A stretch of DNA of 64,000 nucleotides from an uncultured cyanobacterium (GTDB lineage: Bacteria; Cyanobacteriota; Cyanobacteriia; Cyanobacteriales; CAWCAG01). Where the stretch lies: the NCBI GenBank assembly GCA_963803805.1, contig CAWDOD010000001.1, forward strand, positions 32,001-96,000, written 5' to 3'. Under the pieces are notes generated by a model. The model was not told the origin of the DNA. It did no database searches and saw nothing but the letters and a program-made list of their open reading frames with translations. Shown here in pieces: positions 62,211-64,000 of the stretch (the first letter of the stretch is position 1; the number at the start of each line of letters is the position of its first letter). The position numbers were made by a program, and so were the translations under genes.

Positions 62211-63233
62211 TTATAACTTTTCTAGGTACTTTTCAACTAAAGGAGGGTACGTTTTTAGAAGAGCAAATGGTAATTTTTTTCCTTTATAAGCTGGATGGCT
62301 TTTACCTGACTGTATTTCTCTCGAAGTAGCTACATCAGGTAGTGTTTGGTATAGTTGCGGAAAGAACTCTGACTTTAAAATGGTAGGTATAGAGTTAAGA
62401 ACCTCCTTTCTAGTAATTGTCTTTCTAAACCATCTCCTTGGGCTAGATAATTCAATTAGATTGAGACACATTAATTGAATTAGATAAGGATGGCCAGCAG
62501 TTTGACGAATTATTTCTTCTACGGCTGCGGGTTCGTAAACCTTACTAGGAAAGTCAAGAGTGGGATTCTCTATCAACTCACGAGACTCTGCTTTCTCTAA
62601 GTAAGGAAGGTGGAGATACTCTGTACTAATTAAACAGTCGCTCCAGTGATAGGGAAGCTGTTCAAAAGTTTGGGAACTGGTAAAGAACAATTGCCATTTC
62701 GCACGATGTTGGATTAGATAGCGAAATAGACCAAGTATGGCTGTAATATTTTTTCTTTTCGTTAGTTTTTCAAGGTATTCAACATCATCTAAACAGAGAA
62801 GAAAGCGTTTACTAGGAAAAGCTTTTTCTATTGCCATAAACCAGCTTTGCATGGCAAGGAATGGTTCACGTGAGAGGTTTTCTTCATCTGGTTTTGGTAG
62901 TTCGTAGTTGAATGGTTTTGGTAATTCGTAGCTAGATGCAGTAATTTTATTTATGAAATATTTTACTAACTCTAAGGAATTTTCAATTTTTACTGTCTTA
63001 TCAAGTTTGAAACTTGAGATTAATGGAATAACTTCAAGGCTCAAACTTCGAGGCAAATGATTTAGTAAAGATGTTTTACCAACACCTTTAATACCGTGTA
63101 TGAAGTAGCTCATTGGAGGAATAAGCTTATGTTCAGTAGTTAGCCTTTTAAGTATTTCTCTCCTACCTTTGAATAAGTGAGAGTTGGAGTTTAAAGTTAA
63201 GGCTTCTTCGGTGTAATATGCTGTTGTTTTCAT
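62211..63233 (-). CDS. P-loop ATPase (STAND-like)
   Basis: FKGRRE..GIKGVGKTS..LCLDDVE..AGHPYL. Confidence 0.78.
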   Translation of the reverse strand: MKTTAYYTEEALTLNSNSHLFKGRREILKRLTTEHKLIPPMSYFIHGIKGVGKTSLLNHLPRSLSLEVIPLISSFKLDKTVKIENSLELVKYFINKITASSYELPKPFNYELPKPDEENLSREPFLAMQSWFMAIEKAFPSKRFLLCLDDVEYLEKLTKRKNITAILGLFRYLIQHRAKWQLFFTSSQTFEQLPYHWSDCLISTEYLHLPYLEKAESRELIENPTLDFPSKVYEPAAVEEIIRQTAGHPYLIQLMCLNLIELSSPRRWFRKTITRKEVLNSIPTILKSEFFPQLYQTLPDVATSREIQSGKSHPAYKGKKLPFALLKTYPPLVEKYLEKL

Positions 63234-63344
63234 TAGACATCTCCAGAAAAGAGGGAACAGGGAACGGGGAACGGGGAACAGAGGAGAATAATTGACGATT
63301 TCGGTATGAGAATTGATTCTGTTTTTAATTCTTGGAGATGTCTA
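63234..63344. mobile_element. MITE-like element with heptamer repeats
   Basis: 12-bp TIR TAGACATCTCCA/TGGAGATGTCTA; internal GGGAAC(A/G) x4. Confidence 0.7.
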
Positions 63345-63518
63345 TTAGTATAAAACTCTGATTATTTCTACTTTTCCTTCTTCGTTAACAAAGATGGAGG
63401 TTTGAGTTGCCCATGAAAAGGCTAATACTATTACCAAGGTTGTTGTGATACCGAATATAGTCCCTGCAAGGAAACTATGTAGATGGGAAGAGCTAGAGCT
63501 TGTGTTTTTGCTTTCCAT
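63345..63518 (-). CDS. Small single-TM protein (57 aa)
   Basis: Hand-translated MESKNTSSSSSHLHSFLAGTIFGITTTLVIVLAFSW... Confidence 0.4.
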   Translation of the reverse strand: MESKNTSSSSSHLHSFLAGTIFGITTTLVIVLAFSWATQTSIFVNEEGKVEIIRVLY

Positions 63519-63560
63519 GATTAAAATGGTATTAGGTTATCTTGTTGGAAGTGAAAGAAG

Positions 63561-63782
63561 ATGGAACTTTGGTTTTACCAGATACACTTAGAATTGTTAG
63601 ATAAGGTAAGTTGTTATATTTATAAGCCAAGCGGTGATCCTCAAAAACTAACGAAAGAAATTATTGAAAAACACCCTGATAAAACCTTTGTCATATCAGC
63701 AAGAACAGAGGAGAAAGCTAAAGAGTTTCTTGAAAACATTATTAAACCTCAATTGCAAGAATATTTTGTGCAAGGTGGATAA
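63561..63782 (+). CDS. Hypothetical protein
   Basis: 73-aa ORF with purine-rich upstream sequence. Confidence 0.45.
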   Translation: MELWFYQIHLELLDKVSCYIYKPSGDPQKLTKEIIEKHPDKTFVISARTEEKAKEFLENIIKPQLQEYFVQGG

Positions 63783-64000
63783 ATTAAGGTTAGGTTGTTT
63801 CAGTAAAAGAGGGAAGTATTCTTAGTTCTTTCATACAATTGCTTAGTATCGATGCAATACGCTTGGTTTCTTTATTATTGTGTTCTGATTTGGCTTTGTC
63901 AGTAATACGGATTAAGAAGTTGCTAGGGTCACTACGCAGTGATCCAAGGGCAAAAGGAAAAGCTTTCTCCCATTCTGGTTTGTTTATATGTTCGTCTATT

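Overview
Segment of a large cyanobacterial conjugative plasmid (AT-rich, many HIP1 octamers GCGATCGC). Left (1-13.6 kb): edge of a type III-B CRISPR-Cas locus with HD-less cas10/cmr2 running off the window, a CARF-HEPN effector and a divergent WYL regulator. These are followed not by one array but by four separate leader+mini-array modules (1, 2, 2 and 4 spacers). Each module is followed by HIP1 site(s) and a different cargo: xisH/xisI pair 1, xisH/xisI pair 2 (broken by an IS4-family element), an unrecognised stretch, and a NACHT-GUN4 gene (broken by an ISAzo13-family element). Middle (13.6-52.9 kb): parAB; a set of proteins sharing an unannotated ~90-aa C-terminal domain (candidate T4SS delivery signal); a 2128-aa methylase/strawberry-notch helicase; VirD4; a transglycosylase with degenerate M23 domain; parM/parR-like genes; a palindromic repeat cluster; mobC-relaxase; and a VirB-like T4SS operon. 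Right (53-64 kb): five paralogous P-loop ATPase genes, a radical SAM gene and a MITE. Several genes carry single-base frameshifts, which could be decay or assembly error. All family calls come from motifs read by eye; no database search was run.
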